Assembly (NCBI GenBank): GCA_963702025.1
Contig: OY969699.1
Coordinates: forward strand, 896,001-960,000
Source: an uncultured bacterium
GTDB lineage: Bacteria > Babelota > Babeliae > Babelales > Vermiphilaceae
Direction: 5' to 3'
Length of the DNA stretch: 64,000 nucleotides
Shown here: positions 48,801 through 56,623 of the stretch, piece after piece
Layout: each line of letters opens with the position of its first letter
Position numbering within the stretch: the stretch's first letter is position 1
Position numbers and translations under genes: made by a program
The notes under the pieces: model-generated
The model's input: only the letters and a program-made list of their open reading frames with translations
Databases searched by the model: none
Told to the model about the DNA's origin: nothing

Positions 48801-49211
48801 CACATTCACGGCGCCACTTGCATCAAGAAGTATGGGTGATCTGGCAAGGTTTGAGCCGTCATTGTTTGTCGCAATTACTACTTTTGGTTCTTCTGCTGGA
48901 TTTACCGGATCAGTAACAATACCCAAAATGGGATTTGTATCGCCAAGAGTGGTGGCAAGGGTTAAAGATGCAATACCTTGACCGTTCAACGTTTCATTGG
49001 TTGCGATACCGGTAAAGCTGCTATTTTCACCAAAGGTTGGAGGATTTGCTTTAGAGATTGCATTGGTGCCACCGCCCGGGTTTAAACCCACATAAAAATT
49101 TCCGGTTGCCCGATCGAGTATCGTTGCTCGTATGGTTTGATTAAAAGTCTGAACCACGCTGGTGCCGTGTGCATAATTTACCAGCGCACAGAGTAATAAT
49201 ATTCTTTTCAT
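45759..49211 (-). CDS. Large exported beta-rich surface protein with an internal Cys-rich repeat block
   Basis: Signal peptide, T/S/G/N-rich beta-strand-like sequence, about 7 CxxCPxGxY-type repeats followed by a Pro-rich linker. Confidence 0.85.
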   Translation of the reverse strand: MKRILLLCALVNYAHGTSVVQTFNQTIRATILDRATGNFYVGLNPGGGTNAISKANPPTFGENSSFTGIATNETLNGQGIASLTLATTLGDTNPILGIVTDPVNPAEEPKVVIATNNDGSNLARSPILLDASGAVNVNGLQTNGVVGLAASLNFMFAALRPCNGFFGSDCNGGIASISINRNPLSLTQVPAVSGDSGIKAIALDPTTPEVLINNSPTIVPNQVDLFWDDQLQRLYIGLQVTSAGISSSGQTCPAGTGTGSCTGSLCPTCPFGWYCNNALQQCVTCASGAYFDTLSQTCITCPIGQYFNPILLQCVTAICSSGYFWNPQLAACVTCPAGYYFDQNALACFICTNGGIYIDGSGCSPCPAGQFFVPDLGVCTGPLICPPGQVYVPQLNACITWPTCQFGYTYSPVDAQCIPIITGPAPQPPLPPIIVPTTPVFKSDNRPISSTFSWAGPVGVPETRSAQPENRMQTRSSSSGAKSVVVASVDSSGIITFADIAPDAAFIDGAGIQNYMVGVFDAMQDSLAINKVRVLHASTGPSYLIINGGNGTISTIGNQIYALPLVDLDDPTNPVQGTLANKNAPLVNYKFVVPAATNTDLPLNTDPAVMVGDGPLALPVPSLIGDIDVVGDTVYVSINGSTNAATNSGILYSQALFDETGKIIRWTPWTKKAFPPYTIGTQFNITGVAQFAVDASLAKIWAVNSATNTVLQTAWQNNSDDPASLIAQLNLAIRGTTTTDCQSGLTTCVARAVLDLDQSTRGFISNQSRYALFSGSGSVIFARISQALGASVSSPQTVTTNFSLASNFLVTDLPKNACQATVMEYARQESGTNTNYFFAGTQTGLYVFSDGGAGFAVSTLGALNAPPFSTGSWQLAPNITGEVFDIKTTGNVLYVLAETALQSTLYLIPFQPSVSSMFNPANIFILAETGTGIFANIAVFNAIQIISTMPDGSTEQLVLATNNGLYQSTKTTGVQQATNQTDAAWSLIPNTLAFYTDIAGVDNASIPVASPSTIWPFYIADQNGLGTFNRSIIQQLNGSQNTVPFAFVPPLFDSTTAGTDPNFATLPLFSYFWSDGARRIFTVDNIQSSCLPEQLMCLPFNAAEWDITNPNEALLNDPVFGSVNAFYWVKQIGVSGILMVGTDKGVIALA

Positions 49212-49285
49212 TGTGATCCCCCTTAAAACGAATTACGTTGTAAGTCAACCACAATGAACTTTAATATTTCAATAGAACCTTGTCT

Positions 49286-50575
49286 TTAAAAATCGCAGGC
49301 AAAAGAAAAGCCTGCTTCAATGCCAACCATATTGGTATTAAATATACGCTTGCCGCCCACTATTACATTAAAAAAAGCGCCAACATGAGGCAACCATGAG
49401 CGATTGTAGGTAGCAAAATCATATTCCAGCAATAGATTAACCGTGTGCATTTTCCATCCCCAAAACTCGGGGTCGGTATTCACGAGCATGGGATCAAAAA
49501 TGGTGGTATTACACGGAATAATCGTATCTCTATATTTGTTTACAAAACTATAACCTACCAAAAAGGAAAGTCCGCAAAGCACGTGATCCCCTTTAATATA
49601 AAAATTTGACTCCCAGATGGTTCCCGGATCAATGCGGCATTCACCCTGGGCAAGTTTGATTAAGCCACTTTGAGAGCAATCCGTTTTGAGGTGGAGTAAT
49701 TTATGTTTTCGTAGAAATGGCATACCGCCAATAAAGGCGCCCACCGTGAACCAATCATACCAGCCGACGGCTGCGGCAAAACTAATGGGCACTGCATAAA
49801 ATCCATCGTATCCATTAGCAATATCAAAAACCTCGCTCTCATTGTTGGCATGACCGGTGGGAAACAGTGCGCCGATGCGAAATGTGGTGTCAAAGTAATC
49901 GATCTCTTGAGTTTCTTCAAAGTTATTGGTCCATCCGGCCAAAATACTCAAATCGCCCACTCCGTTATAGCTGATCGGATTTATTGAGAGGCCATATTTT
50001 TGCAAAATGCTGGGGAATAGCGCCAGAAAATGTTGCCAGACCGGCGTTTCTTTATTGGGACCACTATTACACTCGGTGGGTGAAAGATCTACAGCCTGTA
50101 TGTCAGTGACTTCTATGTGCCGTACTGGTAAATGTGCCTGCACAAAAAAACCGCAACTCAGGTTTTGAGAAACGCTTAAATTAGCCTCGATAAGTTTGAA
50201 TTTTCCATGAAAACTGAGCATGGCAAAGCCATCGTTGGGCGCGAGCAATTCAAGTTGGGTTAACACAATATCTTGTGGGGTTGTCAAATTTTTTCCCGGA
50301 ACGTTGATGCCGAGATTGAGCATGTTGTAAACCCCATAAATATCAAGGAGGGGGACTTCTTGGCAGCCCCCTGAGTTTCGTGCTGTGTGAGTGGAACCAA
50401 AACCAAGGGCCACATCAAATGAGCTAAGCCATGGTTTTGCCAACCGGGGTTCATAGAATTCCGGTAAAAAATTGGTGGCTCGCCAGAAGTGAGGGTTATC
50501 AATTGAGATGGCAGCGCGAGAAATGCACAAAAGAGTTATTAGACTTATTTTTTTGACAAACGTGGACCTGTTCAT
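49286..50575 (-). CDS. Putative outer-membrane beta-barrel protein
   Basis: Signal peptide, alternating aromatic/Gly strands, C-terminal ...GFSFACDF ending in Phe. Start taken at ATG 50575. Confidence 0.65.
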   Translation of the reverse strand: MNRSTFVKKISLITLLCISRAAISIDNPHFWRATNFLPEFYEPRLAKPWLSSFDVALGFGSTHTARNSGGCQEVPLLDIYGVYNMLNLGINVPGKNLTTPQDIVLTQLELLAPNDGFAMLSFHGKFKLIEANLSVSQNLSCGFFVQAHLPVRHIEVTDIQAVDLSPTECNSGPNKETPVWQHFLALFPSILQKYGLSINPISYNGVGDLSILAGWTNNFEETQEIDYFDTTFRIGALFPTGHANNESEVFDIANGYDGFYAVPISFAAAVGWYDWFTVGAFIGGMPFLRKHKLLHLKTDCSQSGLIKLAQGECRIDPGTIWESNFYIKGDHVLCGLSFLVGYSFVNKYRDTIIPCNTTIFDPMLVNTDPEFWGWKMHTVNLLLEYDFATYNRSWLPHVGAFFNVIVGGKRIFNTNMVGIEAGFSFACDF

Positions 50576-50700
50576 ATGTGAATCTTTCCTTTTTAAGCTG
50601 TAGGGCATGTCTTAATGTATAAAAAATTTATGATAAAAAGAAAAGGGTTTGTCTTGGCCTGTTCCATTGTTATACTGAAAAAAGTATGAGACAAATAAAG

Positions 50701-50828
50701 ACCCTTCGATATGCAGTAAACTGCTACTCAGGCCCCTCGACAAGCTCGGGGTGATCGGAATCCCCGTTCGTGCTGAGCTTGTCGAAGCATCGTGGTGAGT
50801 GATTGCGTTAGCAATCGTATCGAACCAT
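50701..50828. repeat. Composite palindromic element cluster upstream of grpE
   Basis: CCTTCGAT...TACTCAGG, CCTCGACAAGCTCGGGG, GCTGAGCTTGTCGAAGCA and TGGTGAGTGATTGC...TATCGAACCAT. The first and last recur at 55665-55741. Confidence 0.85.
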
Positions 50829-50867
50829 TTTTGTATTATTTTAAAACATAATTTATTTGAGTGAACC

Positions 50868-51491
50868 ATGAACGAAGAAAATAATAATCAGCAAGAACAA
50901 AACCAAGATCAAGAATCCAACCTTGCCCAACAATTGCAAGAATGTCAGGCGCAAAGAGATGAATGGCGGGATCGTTTTTTACGGGTTGCGGCAGAATTTG
51001 AAAACTATAAAAAACGGGCAGAAAAAGAGAAGGTCCAGTGGATAACGGGGGCCCAAGCATCGTTACTTTCTGATCTGATAACCATTGTTGATGATTTTGA
51101 TCGCGCATTTGCTCCCAGCCTACGCTTATCCGGGTCTTCCGACTCGGCAACCCTTCGGCAAGCTCAGGAGTTAACGCGCCCTTCCGCTCATCCTGAGGAG
51201 CAGCGCAGCTGCGTCTCGAAGGACGGCGGGCAGGCAACCCAATCAAATGAATTTGTTGATCAGTCACGGGCCGGATTTGAATTAATTTACAAAGCATTGC
51301 AAAAATTGCTTGAAAAATATGGTGTCACCCAGATGAAAATGGGCGAACATTTTGATCCAATGCTCCATGAAGCGATCATGCAAGTGGAGGATGCCACAAA
51401 ATCCTCGGGTGATATTGCACAGGTTTTGCAAAAAGGGTATATGTTTAAAGGTGAAGTACTCAGACCGGCAAAGGTAAGTGTGGTGAAATGA
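50868..51491 (+). CDS. grpE: Nucleotide exchange factor GrpE with an in-frame palindromic insertion
   Basis: LRVAAEFENYKKR, DDFDRA, FDPMLHEAI, LQKGY...LRPAKVSV. Confidence 0.95.
   Translation: MNEENNNQQEQNQDQESNLAQQLQECQAQRDEWRDRFLRVAAEFENYKKRAEKEKVQWITGAQASLLSDLITIVDDFDRAFAPSLRLSGSSDSATLRQAQELTRPSAHPEEQRSCVSKDGGQATQSNEFVDQSRAGFELIYKALQKLLEKYGVTQMKMGEHFDPMLHEAIMQVEDATKSSGDIAQVLQKGYMFKGEVLRPAKVSVVK
51114..51236. repeat. Palindromic element inside grpE (boundaries approximate)
   Basis: Contains CCCTTCGGCAAGCTCAGGAG and CCTTCCGCTCATCCTGAG...TCGAAGGACG, matching intergenic copies at about 12350 and 29185. Confidence 0.88.
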
Positions 51492-52369
51492 AAAAGTTTG
51501 TTTTCATTCCTTTAATTTTTACAGTCTCCCTATCATTTGGTATGGAGAAATCGAGTGAAAAACAAAGAGAATGCGAACAAATATGCTATCTAAATAGAAT
51601 TCCAACGGATATAATCCTTGAAATTTTAATGTGCTTATTTTCATGTGATGATGTGCCACTGATAAAAAATCTTCATGAAGCAACAGTTCTGGTAAAGCCA
51701 TTTTTATATAGCGCCAAGAAATATTTTACAAATGATATGTTGCATAAACAGCTTGTAAAAAGAATGTCCAAAATATATAAGACCCTTACTGCTGAGATTT
51801 CCTTGGATCTTCCTACCCCAGCCAGTAAAGAATATTTAAAAAGCATCGGGATAGATGATGTAATAAAATATTGTGGATACAATATTATAAAAAATGGTTT
51901 TCCTGCGCAGATACGGATGTTGCTTGATGTATGGCCGGTCGGATGCGCAATCCAGATTACTCCTTTTAAAAATTCGATAAAGCGCAATTTAATAATAGAA
52001 CTTGCTGAAACTGATATAGAGGCTCAGCGCTTAAGGCTTTTGCTTTCAAAGGGTATTGATGTAAATGTTATTTCCAATTATGCATCCGGAGATAATGCTT
52101 TGCACAAAGTTGTGCGTACTGCTACTAAAGAAAATGAAGCGTTAAAAAGAAAGCAACTAAAAGTTTTACTTGATTATGGCATCAACGTTGATCATGAAAA
52201 TAATAATTACAATCGTACGGTATTCGACTTGGCTAGGGTTCTTGCTGAGCCAGGGAACCCATTCAAGGAATGCCATTCTCTCCGTTCTGATTTAGAACGG
52301 GCCAAAAGGGATCGAGAGATGGAAAAAAGAGTTGAATCGCATGTGAATAAATGGAATCACTTAAAATAA
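51488..52369 (+). CDS. Exported F-box-like + ankyrin protein
   Basis: Signal then GMEK, LNRIPTDIILEILMCL, GDNALHKVV. Confidence 0.82.
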   Translation: MKKFVFIPLIFTVSLSFGMEKSSEKQRECEQICYLNRIPTDIILEILMCLFSCDDVPLIKNLHEATVLVKPFLYSAKKYFTNDMLHKQLVKRMSKIYKTLTAEISLDLPTPASKEYLKSIGIDDVIKYCGYNIIKNGFPAQIRMLLDVWPVGCAIQITPFKNSIKRNLIIELAETDIEAQRLRLLLSKGIDVNVISNYASGDNALHKVVRTATKENEALKRKQLKVLLDYGINVDHENNNYNRTVFDLARVLAEPGNPFKECHSLRSDLERAKRDREMEKRVESHVNKWNHLK

Positions 52370-52517
52370 CTGAAGTATCTAGACGGTTAGTTGCAAAGGT
52401 TACTTAGGAGGAATTTATAAAGAGGTATTAGATTTTGTAGAGCCGCATGGCCCCACCTAAAGCTTCAAAAGGGTGTATAGTCTCTTGAAAAGTTAATAAA
52501 GAAAAAAGTTCAAGCGC

Positions 52518-53513
52518 ATGAAAAAAGTACTTATTTGTTTAAGTTTCTTTTCATCAATTTCTGCCATGCAAAATGCTACTCACCATGCTTCTGATTGTTT
52601 TGACCTGCTTCCTTCCGATATTATTGCTTTAATTTTGGAGAAGCTTATTACTCCTTTTAATCTAAAAGTATGTGGCGAGGGGCCACAGGAATTTATAACT
52701 ATACCTGGCTGGCAATCGAGCGGCGCACGAGAATTTTTGAAAATTCGAAAAAAGTATTATGGAAGTGTGCAAATTCCCAAAACACTTTTTGCTGCATTGG
52801 AGAGTGACCATTCTTCGTTTGGCAAGAAACTCGGTTTATCTGTTTGTCTAGCAAGTCGTGGCTCCATGGTATGGCTGAAGCAAGAACTTGAAAAAAAAGA
52901 TATGACTGATCACGCATACAACTTTATCAAATTTTCCTGTGCTCAGAAGAACCCATTGCCGGTTGCCCCATTTTCCACTTCACGAGTGAAATTGTTATTG
53001 AAGGCGGGATTTCCTATCAACTCATATTGCAATGATGAGGGTGTTCCCTTGCTCATTGAGGCATTGCAACAATTGCCAAAAGATCATAGCGATATTTATA
53101 AACTGGCAAGTGATAAAATAAATCTTTCATATATTCAAAGAATTGCCTGGATCACTTTATTGGTTGCCTATGGTGCTGATCCCAATATCTGCACCCGGCA
53201 TGGCACATCTGCACTCCTTTGTCTTGTTCAAGATAGAAACTCATCATTTGATTGGAGCCCGAAAAGTGCCATAAAAATGCTGTTAGAATTAGGGGCCAAG
53301 CCCGTAACAAAGGGTCAGCTTATCAAAGGTAAAACGGAAGATGATAGCACAGTGCGCGATGAACAGGCCTATACGAATGCGATTGAAGACGCTGCTTATT
53401 TAGCCGACCTTTGCGAGCAATTTGCAAAAAAAAATGAACAACAAAATGCAATCGCCAAGGAGCTTGCAAATAAGAAGTCGCCCTTGAGTAAAATTTGGCA
53501 AAAACAGCCCTAA
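52518..53513 (+). CDS. Exported F-box-like + degenerate ankyrin protein
   Basis: Signal then AMQN, FDLLPSDIIALILEKL, LLVAYGADPN. Confidence 0.78.
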   Translation: MKKVLICLSFFSSISAMQNATHHASDCFDLLPSDIIALILEKLITPFNLKVCGEGPQEFITIPGWQSSGAREFLKIRKKYYGSVQIPKTLFAALESDHSSFGKKLGLSVCLASRGSMVWLKQELEKKDMTDHAYNFIKFSCAQKNPLPVAPFSTSRVKLLLKAGFPINSYCNDEGVPLLIEALQQLPKDHSDIYKLASDKINLSYIQRIAWITLLVAYGADPNICTRHGTSALLCLVQDRNSSFDWSPKSAIKMLLELGAKPVTKGQLIKGKTEDDSTVRDEQAYTNAIEDAAYLADLCEQFAKKNEQQNAIAKELANKKSPLSKIWQKQP

Positions 53514-53542
53514 CCGTTCGTGGTGAGCCTGTCGAACCATGC
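53514..53542. repeat. Half palindromic element between convergent stop codons
   Basis: CCGTTCGTGGTGAGCCTGTCGAACCATGC, the same family as the argS insertion arm. Confidence 0.8.
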
Positions 53543-53543
53543 T

Positions 53544-54635
53544 TCATTTAAAATAACTCAAAATACCAATTACCAACTCAATCCAAATAAGTACAATAAT
53601 GGAAACGGTGAGCATGTCTTCTCGAATCGCTTCCGTTTTATGTTGCAACGTGGAGAGTACATCTTTAATAATGATCAATTTTTTATCGATCGATTCTTTG
53701 AGATTTTTCAGTTCTCGTTTTTCAACCAAGAGTGAATAGAGTTCCGAATAATATGGTTCACCCGCAAGTTTAATGCTCCCCTCAAGCCGTTCAGCAATAA
53801 CTGAAATATCAACTTTTAACTTATCAAGATCATCTACGGGGCCCTTGGAGAGTGTGCCGATGAACGGAAAATATGATTTTAATGGCACCTTGCGAACGCG
53901 GCCCTCGTAAATATAATTAAGTTGTTGTTCAAGAGTGCGATCAAAATAACGCAACTCTAAGTGCTGAATGTTGGCAAAATCAAAAAAATCGAGAATATCT
54001 TGGTATTCATCGTCGTAAATAAATGCTGCTTCGGTATCCACCACAATTAAATCACCCCGAAAATAACCGATCGCGTCAGCCAAAATTTCATTCTTTTGGT
54101 TTTCTGAAAGTGTTTCAGTTTCAAAACGTAATGCGGATGCAATGATCCCGCCATAAGTATCTTTGAGTTTTACCATATCAAGTAAATTGGGAAGCGGATC
54201 AACTTGGATCACCAGGTAAGTGGAACGGGTATGAAAAAAGTTAGATTTTGCAATAAATGGCTTAATATTTTTAAAGATTGTTTCTGAATCAATAAGACTT
54301 TGCTCGGCCCACTGATTGTCAATCCCATCAAGCTGTTGACGAATATTTTTAAGAGTATCTTTAAAAGGAATTTTATAAAGAAGTGAGATAGCACCAAAGT
54401 TATGAATTTTTGCGTTAACGCAGGTTGGGCTTTTTTCTGTTTCAGGAATTTCAATCGCAAGAGGAAGATGATAGTTTTTAAAGAATTTGGAGAGAGTTAA
54501 TGGTTGTGGAACCACTAAACCGGATGCTTTTACTTTTTCTAAATTAATATCGTCACCCACGTCAAATGCATGGAATAAATAGATGTTTCCTTCAAATAAC
54601 TGTTCAAGAGGGTTGTTTTCAGTATTTTCAGCCAT
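53544..54635 (-). CDS. RMD1/YagE (DUF155)-like membrane-anchored protein
   Basis: ANIQHLELRYFD motif and a single C-terminal TM helix LTVSIIVLIWIEL. Confidence 0.65.
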   Translation of the reverse strand: MAENTENNPLEQLFEGNIYLFHAFDVGDDINLEKVKASGLVVPQPLTLSKFFKNYHLPLAIEIPETEKSPTCVNAKIHNFGAISLLYKIPFKDTLKNIRQQLDGIDNQWAEQSLIDSETIFKNIKPFIAKSNFFHTRSTYLVIQVDPLPNLLDMVKLKDTYGGIIASALRFETETLSENQKNEILADAIGYFRGDLIVVDTEAAFIYDDEYQDILDFFDFANIQHLELRYFDRTLEQQLNYIYEGRVRKVPLKSYFPFIGTLSKGPVDDLDKLKVDISVIAERLEGSIKLAGEPYYSELYSLLVEKRELKNLKESIDKKLIIIKDVLSTLQHKTEAIREDMLTVSIIVLIWIELVIGILSYFK

Positions 54636-54794
54636 GGTATTTTATCTCCGGGAATGCAAACGAATGGTTTCTTATTACCCTACCCGAATGAATTTGAATG
54701 ATCAAATAGCCTGGCAATCGCTTGATTTATTTACTATTATTTCTAAACTTAAACATTATTCTAAATGCTGCTTGTACATACGCGAAAGATCTTT

Positions 54795-55217
54795 ATGAAG
54801 AAAAAAATTCTGGTTTTACTGCTTGCCGTTGCGATCCAAAGTGTCGCTGAGACACCAAGTGAAAAATCAAAGAAAGAAGCGGAGGAACTTCGTAATGAAA
54901 TACGAACTGCTATTTCAACTATCATTGAACATCCGGTGGTTCAAACAGTCAGTGTTTCTGTTGGCCTTGCATGCATTGGTTCAATACTATGTAAATTGAA
55001 GCATGTTGATTTTTTTCAAGCTATGAATATATATCCTCGGCTGAGAGAAATAAACAATAGTGGCACTGCAGAGTTGGTTCTTTCAATTAATACAAGCCGA
55101 GTTTATACCCATCCAAATATTTATTTTGAAGCAGTAACTGCTGGATTATTATTGCATCATCCGGTAGCAAAAGTAGTTAACAAATTGTCCCATTTATTTA
55201 ATATGAGTAAAACATGA
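54795..55217 (+). CDS. Exported/membrane hypothetical protein
   Basis: MKKKILVLLLAV signal. Shares VQTV...GL and AGLLL.H with the next gene. Confidence 0.72.
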   Translation: MKKKILVLLLAVAIQSVAETPSEKSKKEAEELRNEIRTAISTIIEHPVVQTVSVSVGLACIGSILCKLKHVDFFQAMNIYPRLREINNSGTAELVLSINTSRVYTHPNIYFEAVTAGLLLHHPVAKVVNKLSHLFNMSKT

Positions 55218-55657
55218 AAAATATAATTATTGTTCTTTTTCCCTTTTTTCTTTCGATTTCAGCCGTTCAACCGGTAAAGCCGCCACAAAATCATGCGCCT
55301 GCACCTTTTCCAAAACAAGAAATAGTTAAGCAAAAAGAAGAGGAGCAAAAGCCGCTACTAACGGTGAATGCTTCTAATATTAAAGAGCTAGTGCACAAGA
55401 AATATAAAGAAATTTCTCCGGCAATAAAAACTGCTAAAGATGGTGTTGTCAATACGTATAATACGGTAACCGGCTTAACTTTAGTGCAAACAGTTAAGGT
55501 GACAACGGGGTTATTCTTGACTTGTTCTTCATTGCATGCAATAGCTCAAGATCGGAATGAGATTGCTTTTAGGCGAATGCTTGTCGCAGGGTTACTCCTT
55601 CGGCATCAAATGACTGAGTTATACTCTGCGGTACTTAACAAGTTGAATAGAAAATAA
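55214..55657 (+). CDS. Exported/membrane hypothetical protein, distant paralog of the upstream gene
   Basis: Signal peptide, LVQTVKVTTGL, VAGLLLRH, ATGA overlap. Confidence 0.72.
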   Translation: MKNIIIVLFPFFLSISAVQPVKPPQNHAPAPFPKQEIVKQKEEEQKPLLTVNASNIKELVHKKYKEISPAIKTAKDGVVNTYNTVTGLTLVQTVKVTTGLFLTCSSLHAIAQDRNEIAFRRMLVAGLLLRHQMTELYSAVLNKLNRK

Positions 55658-55664
55658 GTGTACA

Positions 55665-55741
55665 CATGGTGAGTGATTGCTTTAGCAATTGTATCGAACC
55701 ATGATCCTTCGATACGCATTCAAAGAATGCTACTCAGGATG
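55665..55741. repeat. Palindromic element between convergent genes
   Basis: CATGGTGAGTGATTGCTTTAGCAATTGTATCGAACCATG and CCTTCGATACGC...TACTCAGG, matching 50701-50828. Confidence 0.85.
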
Positions 55742-55743
55742 TG

Positions 55744-56022
55744 TCATATCTTCCTAAATACTTTGCGCAGTTCAATTTTTGCTGCTTCTAATCGTTTGCG
55801 ATCTTTTGCTGCCAATTTTTTTCCCGCGCGATTTATGTAGAAATTAAGCATAGACATTGCGGATTGGAACTTAGTTCCTTTGGTGCGATTGCTCGCCATA
55901 ACTGATCGTTGTAAACTTTTTGCTATTTCGCGTGGTGAAAGGGTAAAAACTCCTGCCTCCAAATCCATAGCATTCGATGTTTGGGCAACTTTTTTGCTCC
56001 AGTATTTCTTTTTGACTGCCAT
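55744..56022 (-). CDS. DUF3175-family protein
   Basis: WS..V...SNAMDLEAGVF...SAMSMLNFYINRAGK. Confidence 0.85.
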   Translation of the reverse strand: MAVKKKYWSKKVAQTSNAMDLEAGVFTLSPREIAKSLQRSVMASNRTKGTKFQSAMSMLNFYINRAGKKLAAKDRKRLEAAKIELRKVFRKI

Positions 56023-56081
56023 TATTTTCTCCTTTTAGTTAAAGGTAAACGAGAAGAAAAGTGGCATGCAAGAGTTACTAC

Positions 56082-56621
56082 TTATAAAAAAAATTTCTTA
56101 AATTTTTCATTCATTCGGAGCACAGAAGAATGTAAGGTATAATCACTTATTTTATCAAATGGCACCCAGGCAAGATCATGTGATTCTTCGCTAACGTTAT
56201 ACTGAGCATCGGTAGGTGCTTGTAGCAAATACCGCACATCATAATGGTAGGTGCATGCTCCTGCAATTGCATGAATATCAATATCAAAAATGTCATCATG
56301 TAAGAAGGTTAATCCCGTAATGCCAGATTCTTCATGTGCCTCTTGAGCCGCCACCATTTTGCAATCTGTTTGCCCATCATTGTGGCCACCAAGCTGCACC
56401 CACAAATTAAATTTTTTGTGATGGGTGAGTAAGGCATGAGTTTTTTGTACATTAACGATCCAAATTGAGCTGGTAACATGCCCCTTATTGGCGCGTGAAA
56501 AAGAGTCGGGATTACTATTAAGAAAATCAGTAAAATGCCGTATCATGTGCTGCTCTTCTACGGTGCACCATGGGGTGGCAGCGAATGTGTTTAAATCATC
56601 GTGCAGTTTGTGTTGGCTCAT
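56082..56621 (-). CDS. NUDIX hydrolase
   Basis: GHVTSS, LLTHHKK, GGH...AAQEAHEESG Nudix box, HYDVRY. Confidence 0.9.
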   Translation of the reverse strand: MSQHKLHDDLNTFAATPWCTVEEQHMIRHFTDFLNSNPDSFSRANKGHVTSSIWIVNVQKTHALLTHHKKFNLWVQLGGHNDGQTDCKMVAAQEAHEESGITGLTFLHDDIFDIDIHAIAGACTYHYDVRYLLQAPTDAQYNVSEESHDLAWVPFDKISDYTLHSSVLRMNEKFKKFFL

Positions 56622-56623
56622 AA

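Noticed and set aside
50612..51297. Minus-strand ORFs 50612..50869 and 50836..51297
   Set aside because: They are antisense to grpE or consist of translated palindromic repeat, with no independent coding signal.
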